Source: an uncultured Candidatus Saccharibacteria bacterium
GTDB taxonomy: Bacteria; Patescibacteriota; Minisyncoccia; UBA6257; 1-14-0-10-44-23
NCBI GenBank assembly: GCA_964549935.1
Contig: CAZJVT010000002.1
Location: 121,336 to 185,335, forward strand
Length of the DNA: 64,000 bases
Reading direction: 5' to 3'
Shown here: piece after piece, positions 39,152-47,639 of the stretch
Layout: each line of letters starts with the position of its first letter
Numbering within the stretch: position 1 is the stretch's first letter
Position numbers and translations under genes: made by a program
Notes under the pieces: generated by a model
Database searches by the model: none
The model's input: only the letters and a program-made list of their open reading frames with translations
Told to the model about the DNA's origin: nothing

Positions 39152-40126
39152 TTATAAAAAAGTAATTGCCCGTAATTTTGCCGATCGGCTGCGAGGATTA
39201 CGTGCAAGCTCCTCGTCAGTCGCCATCATTGGCTTTTTGTTGATCAACTCTGCATCTCGCGATGCAGCGGTGGAGTTCGGTGTCTCCCCAGAATGGCCAA
39301 AGTTACTTTCGTAACCGGCACCCACCGAACGCCCACCGCTATTTCGCACGAATGCTTGAAAATGATGCTTAACAATCCTGTCCTCCAGTGAATGAAAACT
39401 GATAATCGCCACTCGACCACCTGGCGCCATAATGCTCGGTAACGATTCGAGCAATGACTCAAGTTGCTTAAACTCCTGGTTCACGTAAATGCGTAGCGCC
39501 TGAAACGTACGCGTCGCCGGATGCAGCCGCCCGCCTTCGTAGTGCGCCGGTACAGCCGCCTTGATTGCTTCGACAAGCTTCCCCGTCGTCGCAATGCCCT
39601 CCTTCTTTGCGTACTGCACGATGCTTTTTGCAATCGCATCGGCGTAGCGCTCCTCACCATACTCCCGAATCACCGCCGCTAAGTCAGCCACGGAAAGTCC
39701 GGCTAACACTTCTGCCAGCGATGGAGTCTCGTCGTCATACGTCATCAGGAGTGGCTCGTCTACATTAAACGAGAACCCGCGACCGGATAACGTCCCGCCG
39801 ACAATCTGCTCGGAGGAAAAGCCAAGGTCGAGCAAAAGCCCATCAAGCTTCGCAATGCCAAATTGCTGCATCAGCTTTGGAATCTGCGCATAGCTCCCCG
39901 CCTCGACGAGCACTCGCGTGCTGGCATCATGCGGCAATGTTTTTGCAGTCGCCTCGACTGCCCGTTTATCACGATCAACAGCGAGCAACACTCCCCCGGG
40001 CGTGACGCGCGCAAGCATCTCTCTCGCGTGTCCACCGGCGCCAAGCGTTCCGTCTGCAAATCGTTCTCCGGGCTTCGGAGCAAGGACCTCTAACACCTCA
40101 TGTAAAAGAACTGGAATGTGGGCCAT
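39152..40126 (-). CDS. rsmH: 16S rRNA m4C1402 methyltransferase RsmH
   Basis: HIPVLL, DGTLGAGGH, DLGFSS, HPATRTFQALRI, NPRSRSAKLR. Confidence 0.96.
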   Translation of the reverse strand: MAHIPVLLHEVLEVLAPKPGERFADGTLGAGGHAREMLARVTPGGVLLAVDRDKRAVEATAKTLPHDASTRVLVEAGSYAQIPKLMQQFGIAKLDGLLLDLGFSSEQIVGGTLSGRGFSFNVDEPLLMTYDDETPSLAEVLAGLSVADLAAVIREYGEERYADAIAKSIVQYAKKEGIATTGKLVEAIKAAVPAHYEGGRLHPATRTFQALRIYVNQEFKQLESLLESLPSIMAPGGRVAIISFHSLEDRIVKHHFQAFVRNSGGRSVGAGYESNFGHSGETPNSTAASRDAELINKKPMMATDEELARNPRSRSAKLRAITFL

Positions 40127-40200
40127 TTGTTTTTTGCTGACGGCCCACGACTTACGACTCAAGCCTCACACTCAAGTCGTCAGTCGCGGGTCGCCCGCTG

Positions 40201-40632
40201 TTAAATGCCTAGTTCACCTAATCGTTCGGCGATCTCATCGCCGGCTGCCTCAGTCTTTGTTTTGTATTCGTTCCAAGCGGTCTCGTTCCAAATTTCAATG
40301 CGGTCATACACGCCGGCGATAACAGTCTGCTTACCAAGCTTCGCGTACTCGCGCAGATAATCCGGAACCAGCGCGCGACCCTGCGAATCAAGTTCAACCT
40401 CAACAGCACCGGCGAGCATCAAACGTTGAAACGCACGAGCGTTGGCGTTAGTCATCGGCAGGGCCTTAATCTTTCCGGCAATCTCAACCCAAGCATTTGC
40501 AGTGAATACATAGAGACAGTGATCGAGTCCGCGCGTGATGACCGCGGCGTGACTTAGATCAGACCGAAACTTCACCGGAATGGCGAGGCGGCCTTTGTCG
40601 TCTATTGAGTGTTTGTATTCGCCGATAAACAT
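40201..40632 (-). CDS. mraZ: Transcriptional regulator MraZ
   Basis: MFIGEYKHSIDDKGRLAIP, DSQGR, IEIW. Confidence 0.97.
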   Translation of the reverse strand: MFIGEYKHSIDDKGRLAIPVKFRSDLSHAAVITRGLDHCLYVFTANAWVEIAGKIKALPMTNANARAFQRLMLAGAVEVELDSQGRALVPDYLREYAKLGKQTVIAGVYDRIEIWNETAWNEYKTKTEAAGDEIAERLGELGI

Positions 40633-40850
40633 GGGTTCAATAATTTACAATTGGCAGATAATTTACAATTTTCAATAACGGAAAAACTTGCAGATTCTTC
40701 TCGAGCCCAACCTGGAACTTTGAGCTTATCTGTCTCGGGCAATTCTCGCAGCGGCTTGGCCGCGAGAGCATAGGATGCGGCGCCACCAGGCAACGACATG
40801 CGGTGCCCGAACAGCATAAGCGAGAAGTTATCCCCTGAATCGAGGCTTAT

Positions 40851-40886
40851 CCCCACCTTTCTCCACAGTTCCCCACTTACCTACCG
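40851..40886 (-). promoter_or_regulatory. Likely MraZ-binding direct repeats
   Basis: GTGGGG / GTGGAG / GTGGGG at 10-nt spacing upstream of mraZ. Confidence 0.65.
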
Positions 40887-41024
40887 AGTATGCCACACTC
40901 TCCCACCTCGTCAAACCCAGACTGTGCATATGTTGTGCACAAGCTGTGCAGTTACACACAGGCTTGAGCTCAAATAGCAGCAAATACTGATATACTTAAA
41001 AGCAATACAAAAAAACTAAAAATT

Positions 41025-42716
41025 ATGGATCACCACAAAAAAGGTATTCATCACATGGAGATGCACAGCGCATTTGCCTGGCTGATGATCGGTATCGTAA
41101 CCGGAATGGCGATGACGGTTTTATACGTCGCTAATATTTCAGTCAGCTCGCTCCAGACCGTAGAGGCGGCCGGGAATAAAATTGTCGTTACCGGACCAGT
41201 CGCGGCCGGCTCCCGACTCCTAAGCACCTGGCTCTACGAGAGCGGAGGCGTCATTTCCGACGACCTACAAAGAGGCAAAATAATCAGCACCGCGGGCACA
41301 TACACCTTGCCGACGCCGAGCATGACGACAAACGGCCAATACTTTGGTGTTGCCGGCGACGATCTACCATCCGGTAAAGCATCGGGCGCTCTCCTTTTGA
41401 GCACGCCGGCCGGAGCTCCGGGCTTTCTCTACTTAAGCAAAGGATCCACGATTGATACTAATGGTGCTTATCTCAATCTGAACAAGGCATACACGCACAC
41501 CTTCACCGCTTACTATGTTAAGAAAAACGGCACTAAGGTTCCTGTCGCCTTCGCCGGCAGCTTCCTTCCTATCACCGATATCGAAAACATTCCTACCTCC
41601 TGGGGTTCTTACAACCGCGCCCGAACGACTGATGGGAAGAACTCAATCCAGGTTCCGGGTGGCATTCCTTACTACGTAAGCCCACAGCTTGGCATTCACT
41701 TCACAAACGTTCCTGAATCGGGTGACCAGGAGGCAAACCGTAAGTTCAATATATATCGGGCGCTCACCTTCCCTTCGCAGCCGCACAACGGCACCTGGGA
41801 ACTCAATATCCGCCAAAAAGTCTACGGTCACCCGGAGAGCGGTTACACCCTCATCAGCAAGACGTTTATCCCTGACCCGAATCGCTCACCAAAGCTTGAC
41901 CCTCTCTCTGACCAAAGTGTGATTGGCGGGCAAGCGCTCACCTTCACAGTAAAAGCAACCGACGCCGATGACGATGCAGTTGTCTACATTCCCTCAAACT
42001 TCCCGTCGGGCGCTCGCCTTGCAGGAGTTTCCGGTGTGTTTACCTGGACTCCGCCAACGACCTCCGTCGCCTACGACAAGACAATTACTGTCCGCGTCTT
42101 CGATAACCGTGGCGGTAGTGACAGCAAAGATATCAAGATAACTGTTTTGCCTACGCCGATTGCACCTCCGGTAGACACCGGCTCATCAACGAACACTCCT
42201 CCGGTCAGCGGTCCGGCGACGGAGAGCAGCGATATAACCTTCTCAACCGGCAGCGCGTATTCGGGTGTTTCAAACCATGCCCGCCGACCGAATGACGACG
42301 TTATGTTCACGATAAATACAAAGCCGAATGCCTCGCCGGTAGTTAAAAAAATTGTGATCACTTTGTCAGGATCAGCAATCGCAACTGGTACGCAGCCGTT
42401 TACGGTTCAGCTCATTAATGGGGGCGACGGCCAGCCTTTTGGCTTTGATTACGCCGAACACATCTGCTCTCCGGTTAACAGCAGCTGCCAAGTAACCTTC
42501 AACCCAACCTACACGCTTTCGGCGGGAGTACAGACACCACTGAAATTACGTCTTAATTCGACGAATTTTGCAAACTCGGCTTCGACGAACGACGTTCTCG
42601 TTGCTTCGATCCAAAATGCGGACGACGTAATGTGGGCAGAGCGCGTCAGTGGGCAGATGCACACAATTGAGACTTCGACAGTACCATTCAATATCATCGG
42701 GATCAGCTACGAATAG
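41025..42716 (+). CDS. Surface protein with cadherin/putative Ig-like domain
   Basis: N-terminal TM; NRSPKL...LTFTVKATDADDD...PSGA...GVFTWTP...V.D.RGG; Ser/Thr-rich. Confidence 0.75.
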   Translation: MDHHKKGIHHMEMHSAFAWLMIGIVTGMAMTVLYVANISVSSLQTVEAAGNKIVVTGPVAAGSRLLSTWLYESGGVISDDLQRGKIISTAGTYTLPTPSMTTNGQYFGVAGDDLPSGKASGALLLSTPAGAPGFLYLSKGSTIDTNGAYLNLNKAYTHTFTAYYVKKNGTKVPVAFAGSFLPITDIENIPTSWGSYNRARTTDGKNSIQVPGGIPYYVSPQLGIHFTNVPESGDQEANRKFNIYRALTFPSQPHNGTWELNIRQKVYGHPESGYTLISKTFIPDPNRSPKLDPLSDQSVIGGQALTFTVKATDADDDAVVYIPSNFPSGARLAGVSGVFTWTPPTTSVAYDKTITVRVFDNRGGSDSKDIKITVLPTPIAPPVDTGSSTNTPPVSGPATESSDITFSTGSAYSGVSNHARRPNDDVMFTINTKPNASPVVKKIVITLSGSAIATGTQPFTVQLINGGDGQPFGFDYAEHICSPVNSSCQVTFNPTYTLSAGVQTPLKLRLNSTNFANSASTNDVLVASIQNADDVMWAERVSGQMHTIETSTVPFNIIGISYE

Positions 42717-42720
42717 TTTA

Positions 42721-42760
42721 AGTAAACTAAAAAGCCCCGTGCGGGGCTTTTTAGTTTACT
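42721..42760. terminator. Bidirectional terminator
   Basis: agtaaactaaaaagcccc-gtgc-ggggctttttagtttact. Confidence 0.85.
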
Positions 42761-43007
42761 TAAATAACTTGTGATACCATCTAACAAAAACTTCTTTGAT
42801 AAAAGTTTCGAACGAGCTGGAGCGACTGTTTTTATTTTTCACGCCCTTACGCAGCTTCGCGTAATCTTGTGGCAGCTGGTTTACCTCCCCCGTCGCCCAG
42901 CCAAGAATCTTTTTAAGTCCCAAGAGTGTAAATACAAAAATAGCAATGTAATACAAAACTGTGAGCGCGACAATGCCGAAAAGAATCCAAAGAATTAAAG
43001 ATAACAT
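42756..43007 (-). CDS. Small membrane protein
   Basis: MLSLILWILFG hydrophobic N-terminus, 83 aa; the longer ORF-track start runs through a structured non-coding region. Confidence 0.55.
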   Translation of the reverse strand: MLSLILWILFGIVALTVLYYIAIFVFTLLGLKKILGWATGEVNQLPQDYAKLRKGVKNKNSRSSSFETFIKEVFVRWYHKLFK

Positions 43008-43105
43008 CAAATTACAAATTTTAAATTGTAAACAACTTCGTAACAATACCATAGTTAGAAGCGTTACAAGAAGTAAGTGGGAGAAAGTTCTCGCCTCTTG
43101 ACACG

Positions 43106-43380
43106 GATGCCAAGACTTACCTATTCTTGCCCCGCGTTGCTCAGCCGTTTGCCTCTGATGCACGACGCGGGCAGTGAGACAGAAGCTCGGCTTCGGCTCA
43201 CTGCCCGCAACACAGCAGCAGACCAAACGCCTGGCAACCCCTTGGGCTCTGGTCAATTTTCACCATCTCTGTGTCGGAATGTCCTCGAAGTGTAGCTACG
43301 CACACTCCTTGCGGCATTCCTTCGTGAGCTGATGAAAATTGACCTAGAGCGCGGGGTAAAAATAGGTATGTCTTGACATC
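43106..43380. ncRNA. Candidate structured RNA/DNA element: two ~100-nt rods closed by a 31-bp inverted repeat
   Basis: Arms 43106-43136 and 43350-43380 match at 27/31; rods 43136-43238 and 43246-43350. Confidence 0.55.
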
Positions 43381-43470
43381 TTGCTTATAGCGTGCTATAA
43401 TGACCTTGTCAGCTAATAAACGACTGCTCTTTGAAATACGGGCCACCGAACAGGTGCAGCCCGTTTTTTG
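43373..43470 (+). promoter_or_regulatory. Consensus promoter, boxA-like site and intrinsic terminator
   Basis: TTGACA-17-TATAAT (43373-43401); TGCTCTTTGAAA (43425-43436); acgggc...gcccgt-tttttt. Confidence 0.7.
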
Positions 43471-43655
43471 TTACCCGCGTCTCTCCTGCCTTGCCTCGCC
43501 GAAGCTTCAGCGAAGGCGGGCGCCCAATACCAAGCCGGGCGTTCGCCTTCGTGGCTACTTCGGCGGAACAAGGCAGGAGGGAGTTCATCTCACAATATGA
43601 GATGGATCGCGGTCGTCACGCGATTTTCAACCCACTCACCCTGTACACCCGTACT

Positions 43656-43811
43656 ATGTCTAGAGCAATCGGGTTTGCGATCGCGCTTGTTACGATCGCG
43701 GTCTTCTTACCGGATGTCTTCCATTCGGTAGAAGCTCTTCTCCTGAAGAGTCTTGTTCTCGCCAATGCGAGTCTCGACTCGCTCGCTTCCGTCGGACACC
43801 TTGTCCGATAG
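43656..43811 (+). CDS. Small hydrophobic protein (51 aa)
   Basis: MSRAIGFAIALVTIAVFLPDVFHSVE...; followed by a hairpin. Confidence 0.55.
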   Translation: MSRAIGFAIALVTIAVFLPDVFHSVEALLLKSLVLANASLDSLASVGHLVR

Positions 43812-43855
43812 AGCTTGAGCACCATCGCCACCTTCAACAGGTGGCGGTGCTCGTT

Positions 43856-43960
43856 CGCCCTTGCTACATCCTTAAGCGCCGCATCAGGCGCTTTTATAAT
43901 TAAGTAGCAAGGAGCGCACCCGACGATTGCGCAATCGCAATCGGAAAGGGTGTTTCCATG
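43856..43960 (+). repeat. ~100-bp two-hairpin repeat unit
   Basis: Near-identical to 21128-21222. Confidence 0.85.
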
Positions 43961-43961
43961 A

Positions 43962-44618
43962 CTAGCTTTTCCAATTTTCTTCTCTATCTGGATCACCGGC
44001 TAAAACTGCCGCGCAAATACGCTCAGCTCCCGAATTCTGTAATAATTCAGCGCATCTACGGAGACTTGCTCCAGAGCTCACAACATCATCAACCAGCATG
44101 ATGCATTTTGGAACAGGCTGCTTGTTCTTAAGCTGATACATAGCACCAGCCATCGCATCACGGTCCTTCCAGTTGTGGCGTTTTATAGGCAATTCTTTTC
44201 TGCGCGATAATAATTTATTATTTACAGAACAAGAGTAAGGCGTTTGCTCATTAATCACTTTAGCCAACGAAGACGCGAGAACTTCAATTGATCCGAAGCG
44301 GCTTGGTATCGGAACAAGCACAACCTGCCCGCCGATGCTTCTTATCCATTTTAAGATTTTGGGAATAAGGATTGGCCAACCCACCCGGGCAAGCTCTTTG
44401 GCGACATCAAGCTTTCCAGCTCGCGCCTCTTTTTTCATTCGATTCTTGAGATATGAAAAATAACCGCCACTCTCAAAAAGCCAGCCTGCAAAAACCATCT
44501 CGATTTCAGAGCCTTTCAGCAAAGAAAGATAACGAGCGTGCGCCCTCGTGCTCGAAAAAGGCTTAACAATTTCTGGCCGCAGGTCGACTTTAAAGTTGTT
44601 TGCCGCAGAATTTCTCAT
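43962..44618 (-). CDS. ComF-like phosphoribosyltransferase-domain protein
   Basis: LVPIPS, MLVDDVVSSGASL PRPP-binding motif. Confidence 0.8.
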   Translation of the reverse strand: MRNSAANNFKVDLRPEIVKPFSSTRAHARYLSLLKGSEIEMVFAGWLFESGGYFSYLKNRMKKEARAGKLDVAKELARVGWPILIPKILKWIRSIGGQVVLVPIPSRFGSIEVLASSLAKVINEQTPYSCSVNNKLLSRRKELPIKRHNWKDRDAMAGAMYQLKNKQPVPKCIMLVDDVVSSGASLRRCAELLQNSGAERICAAVLAGDPDREENWKS

Positions 44619-44628
44619 GTCCTTAGTG

Positions 44629-44700
44629 TGCGTCTTGCTGGGATCGGACCAGCGGCCTTCTCAATGTGAATGAGACGCTCTACCACTGAGCTAAAGACGC
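44629..44700 (-). tRNA. tRNA-Val(CAC)
   Basis: Acceptor GCGTCTT/AAGACGC, TCTCA-TTCACAT-TGAGA, T arm GCTGG-TCCGATC-CCAGC; CCA not encoded. Confidence 0.88.
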
Positions 44701-44813
44701 GTAGCAGTATTATCCTCAAACTTCGCTCTCCCGTCAAACCAAAACCCCGCCTTTCGGCGGGGTTTTGGGATTCGTTCGGCGTTACACGTTATACGTTTCA
44801 CGCTTCACGATTC

Positions 44814-45185
44814 CTATTTCAATTCGACAGTCGCACCGGCTGCTTCGAGCTTTTTCTTGAGCTCTTCAGCGTCAGCCTTTGAGAGGCCCTTCTTGACCTC
44901 CTTCGGAGCACCATCAACGATATCCTTAGCCTCCTTCAAGCCAAGACCAGTCGCCTCACGGATAACCTTGATGACCTGGATCTTTTGCTCGCCGCCTGAC
45001 TTAATAACAACATCCCAAGCGGTCTTCTCCTCCGCAGCCTCACCGCCAGCTGCACCACCCGCGGCCGGACCAGCAGCCATAGCCGCTGAAACGCCAAACT
45101 TTACCTCCATCGCCTTCACGAGCTCGCTGAGTTCAGCTACGGTGAGCTTCTCAACGGCGCTGATGATTGTGTCAAAATCTGCCAT
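44814..45185 (-). CDS. rplL: 50S ribosomal protein L7/L12
   Basis: [28 protein letters not shown]. Confidence 0.98.
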   Translation of the reverse strand: MADFDTIISAVEKLTVAELSELVKAMEVKFGVSAAMAAGPAAGGAAGGEAAEEKTAWDVVIKSGGEQKIQVIKVIREATGLGLKEAKDIVDGAPKEVKKGLSKADAEELKKKLEAAGATVELK

Positions 45186-45227
45186 ATAGATAATTAATTT
45201 TCGATTTATAATTTACAATACTGACGA

Positions 45228-45746
45228 CTACGCTGCCGGCTGAGACTCCTTCTTCTTCGCAACCTCCTGCAAAGCGATCATGAACTTGCGAATCGGACCG
45301 GCCATCGTACCGACAACCTGACCAAGCAACACTTCGCGAGTCGGGAGTTTAGCAATGATGTTAAACTCGGCTGGCGAAACTGCTGCGTTACGATCGCGGT
45401 CGTAGGCACCAAGAACCTTGAAATCAACCTTCATTTTCGCAAGATCCTTGCTGAACTTAAAGATTGACGCGGCAACTGAAGTCAAATCACCAGGGCTAAA
45501 GACCGTGGCGGCCTGACTCTTACCCTCCAAAGCTTCGGTCGGGATTCCCGCTTCCTTGAGTGCAATTTTGAGCAAACGCTTTTTGAAAACTTTGAACGTT
45601 GCGCCGGATTTCTTGAGCTCGTTCTTGAGCTTGTTGATTTCTTTAGTTGGCGCCGCGGTAAAATCGGCAAAAATGAGTGCCTTACTGCCACTAACGAGCT
45701 TAGCGCTCGCTGCGACGTGCTCCTGCTTTTGTTTTTTTGTAAGCAT
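45228..45746 (-). CDS. rplJ: 50S ribosomal protein L10
   Basis: Upstream of rplL; VFKKRLLKIAL, AKLPTREVLL. Confidence 0.92.
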   Translation of the reverse strand: MLTKKQKQEHVAASAKLVSGSKALIFADFTAAPTKEINKLKNELKKSGATFKVFKKRLLKIALKEAGIPTEALEGKSQAATVFSPGDLTSVAASIFKFSKDLAKMKVDFKVLGAYDRDRNAAVSPAEFNIIAKLPTREVLLGQVVGTMAGPIRKFMIALQEVAKKKESQPAA

Positions 45747-45851
45747 GAAATTTATTCTATAAATTTCACCCCATGAGATACCGTACTCGGTCATCTCTTA
45801 GGGGTAACTATTGTTCGACCCGGGTTTTTAATAAAAAACGACCCGTATGGG

Positions 45852-45927
45852 CCGTAGAAAAACACAGAAAACGCAACTTTCGTTGCGACTCCTCGGCAGG
45901 ACTTACGTGTTCGCCTGCTTTCTACGG
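45852..45927 (-). promoter_or_regulatory. Ribosomal protein L10 leader RNA
   Basis: CCGTAGAAAGCAGG...TAA..CCTGCCGAGG...TTTCTACGG upstream of rplJ. Confidence 0.8.
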
Positions 45928-45974
45928 ATGTGGATATAGTACATGAAAACCGCTAAGCCGTCAAACAACCGCGC

Positions 45975-46128
45975 CCTCCAGAGGCGGGCAAGCCTGACGC
46001 GGGGCTTTAGGGATGCAAGACCGTTGAAACACCCTTACCGATTGCGAATACGCAACCGTCGGGTGTGCCCTTACTGCTTAATTATATAAGCCCCTGACGC
46101 GGGGCTTTAGGGATGCAGTAAGGGCAAA
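45975..46128 (-). repeat. One full and one partial unit of the two-hairpin repeat
   Basis: Reverse complement of 21016-21120 plus a partial copy like 16134-16196. Confidence 0.85.
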
Positions 46129-46240
46129 ACACGAAAGGGGCCGAGAGACTGCCACTTTCGTGGTACCTCGAGGCCCCTTCATTGCTTGCCCGGCTCCGCG
46201 CGGGTGTTGTCCCCGCGCGGAGGCCGATATTGTCGCGACG

Positions 46241-46372
46241 CTAGCAGCGTCGCGGCGGACGGTGGCCGCTCGGCCGCATGTTGGCCGGCGGCTTGCCACG
46301 AGGGTGCTGTGCGCCCCCGTGCTGGTGACCACGCCTGACTGCCGCCACCTTGAAGACCTTGTTGGCCCTCAC
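46241..46372 (-). CDS. Putative 43-aa basic micro-protein
   Basis: GTG start overlapping the TGA of the upstream ORF; VRANKVFKVAAVRRGH... Confidence 0.35.
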   Translation of the reverse strand: MRANKVFKVAAVRRGHQHGGAQHPRGKPPANMRPSGHRPPRRC

Positions 46373-46590
46373 GGCTGCATCCCCATGTAGGGGGCGCGAC
46401 CGACGATCTTGCTCTGGTTCGTCGGCGGCGGGAGTTTCCCGTTCGGCGAGATGAAGCTCTGAGCTCCCTTGTGCCACGCCCCGCCGTGGGGTCGGAGGTC
46501 CGACACCGGCGTCTCATCGAGCACTTGATGGGCCTGTGCCGCCTCGGAACGCCTTGCCCGCGACGATCGCGGACGTCCTTTACTGCTCAT
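46369..46590 (-). CDS. Orphan 73-aa protein in a GC-rich cassette
   Basis: SD GGGAGG; promoter-like TTGATT/TATAGT at 46724-46751. Confidence 0.55.
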   Translation of the reverse strand: MSSKGRPRSSRARRSEAAQAHQVLDETPVSDLRPHGGAWHKGAQSFISPNGKLPPPTNQSKIVGRAPYMGMQP

Positions 46591-46857
46591 CCGGCGCCTC
46601 CCTGATCGAATCCCTTCCTCGCCATCGACCCCCCAAGGTCGGAGCGGGAGTTTTATCCTCGCCTAAAAGACAAAACTCCAGCTCCGATTCCTAGTGGAAT
46701 GAGTGCGAAAGAAGATTACAGAAACTATACACCTGACGCAATAAAAATCAATTAAAGCCCCTGGCCCGCGCTTTAAGGATGCAGCAAGGGCAAAACACTA
46801 AGGGGTCGTTGACACCTCAGTGTACGACCCCCTGATTGCTCCTCCCTGACCTTGCGG

Positions 46858-47016
46858 TCAAATCTTCGCCAAACGGGCGATGATGTCCTTGTCCTCGGAT
46901 ACTTCGCCGAGGGCCTCCTCCGTTTCTTCTGCGGGCGCCATGATAGTCACCCGCAGCTCGGGGCAGAAGTACCCCGCCGAGCAGACCGGACAGACACGGT
47001 TGTCTTCGTCCATCAT
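46858..47016 (-). CDS. 52-aa micro-protein with CxxC, absent from the ORF track
   Basis: SD AGGAGG; MMDEDNRVCPVCSAGYFCPELRVTIMAPAEETEEALGEVSEDKDIIARLAKI. Confidence 0.6.
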   Translation of the reverse strand: MMDEDNRVCPVCSAGYFCPELRVTIMAPAEETEEALGEVSEDKDIIARLAKI

Positions 47017-47067
47017 CTTCCCTCCTTCCCGCCCCGCGCGCGAAGCGCGCGGGGCCGTGACTACTGA

Positions 47068-47256
47068 TCAGTACCGCGGTTCGAACCCCGCGAACTTGCG
47101 CTGCGGATCACGCAGCACTTCGTAGATCGCCGGCGGCCCCTTGCGAGGCGGCACGATGACCGGACTTCCGGTGACCGTCTTCGGCGACGAAGCCGGCGAG
47201 ATGGGCTGCCCACCCACCGGCACTCCCTTGAGCGACACTCCGATGGTGCGCTTCAC
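47068..47256 (-). CDS. Putative 62-aa Pro-rich micro-protein
   Basis: GTGA overlap with the upstream stop; VKRTIGVSLKGVPVGG... Confidence 0.45.
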   Translation of the reverse strand: MKRTIGVSLKGVPVGGQPISPASSPKTVTGSPVIVPPRKGPPAIYEVLRDPQRKFAGFEPRY

Positions 47257-47639
47257 GAGCGCACCGTCTGAAAGGTCCGGGTCGCGGTCGTGTCGTCGTC
47301 GCATTCGCCCATTGCGCGGCACTGCTCCACCGCGGCATGGAAACGACTGAGCGCGAGCTTCCGCATCTTCTCGCGATAGGCCTTGGGCGAGACGAGCTGG
47401 TCCGGATCGACTCCGGCCACCGTCTTCTCGTCGTAGAAGACATGCTCGTCTTCCGTAGCGAACTCGACCATGCGCCCCGTGGGACGCGTGAACGGCGTCT
47501 TCCGTTCTTCGAGCACATCGTTCGGCAGATCGGCATCGCCGACCTCGCAGCAGTCGGCCCTTCCGCGGCCGACCAGCGACTCCGAGCCCGGGTCCTTCCC
47601 GCCACCCAGAGTCACTGCCAGAACCAAGAAAATGCTCAT
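47253..47639 (-). CDS. Orphan 128-aa protein in a GC-rich cassette
   Basis: SD GAGGAGG; promoter TTGACT-17-TATAAC at 47791-47819. Confidence 0.6.
   Translation of the reverse strand: MSIFLVLAVTLGGGKDPGSESLVGRGRADCCEVGDADLPNDVLEERKTPFTRPTGRMVEFATEDEHVFYDEKTVAGVDPDQLVSPKAYREKMRKLALSRFHAAVEQCRAMGECDDDTTATRTFQTVRS

Noticed and set aside
40826-40960. oriC from DnaA-box-like words upstream of mraZ
   Set aside because: Matches are degenerate and overlap the MraZ repeats; no dnaA or clear unwinding element nearby.
43078-43200. RNase P RNA (GAGAAAGTTC ... ACAGAAGCTCGGCTT)
   Set aside because: The two motifs are only ~100 nt apart and do not form a complementary P4 helix.
43106-43380. Definite retron msr-msd
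   Set aside because: The geometry is suggestive but there is no adjacent RT; kept only as one hypothesis.
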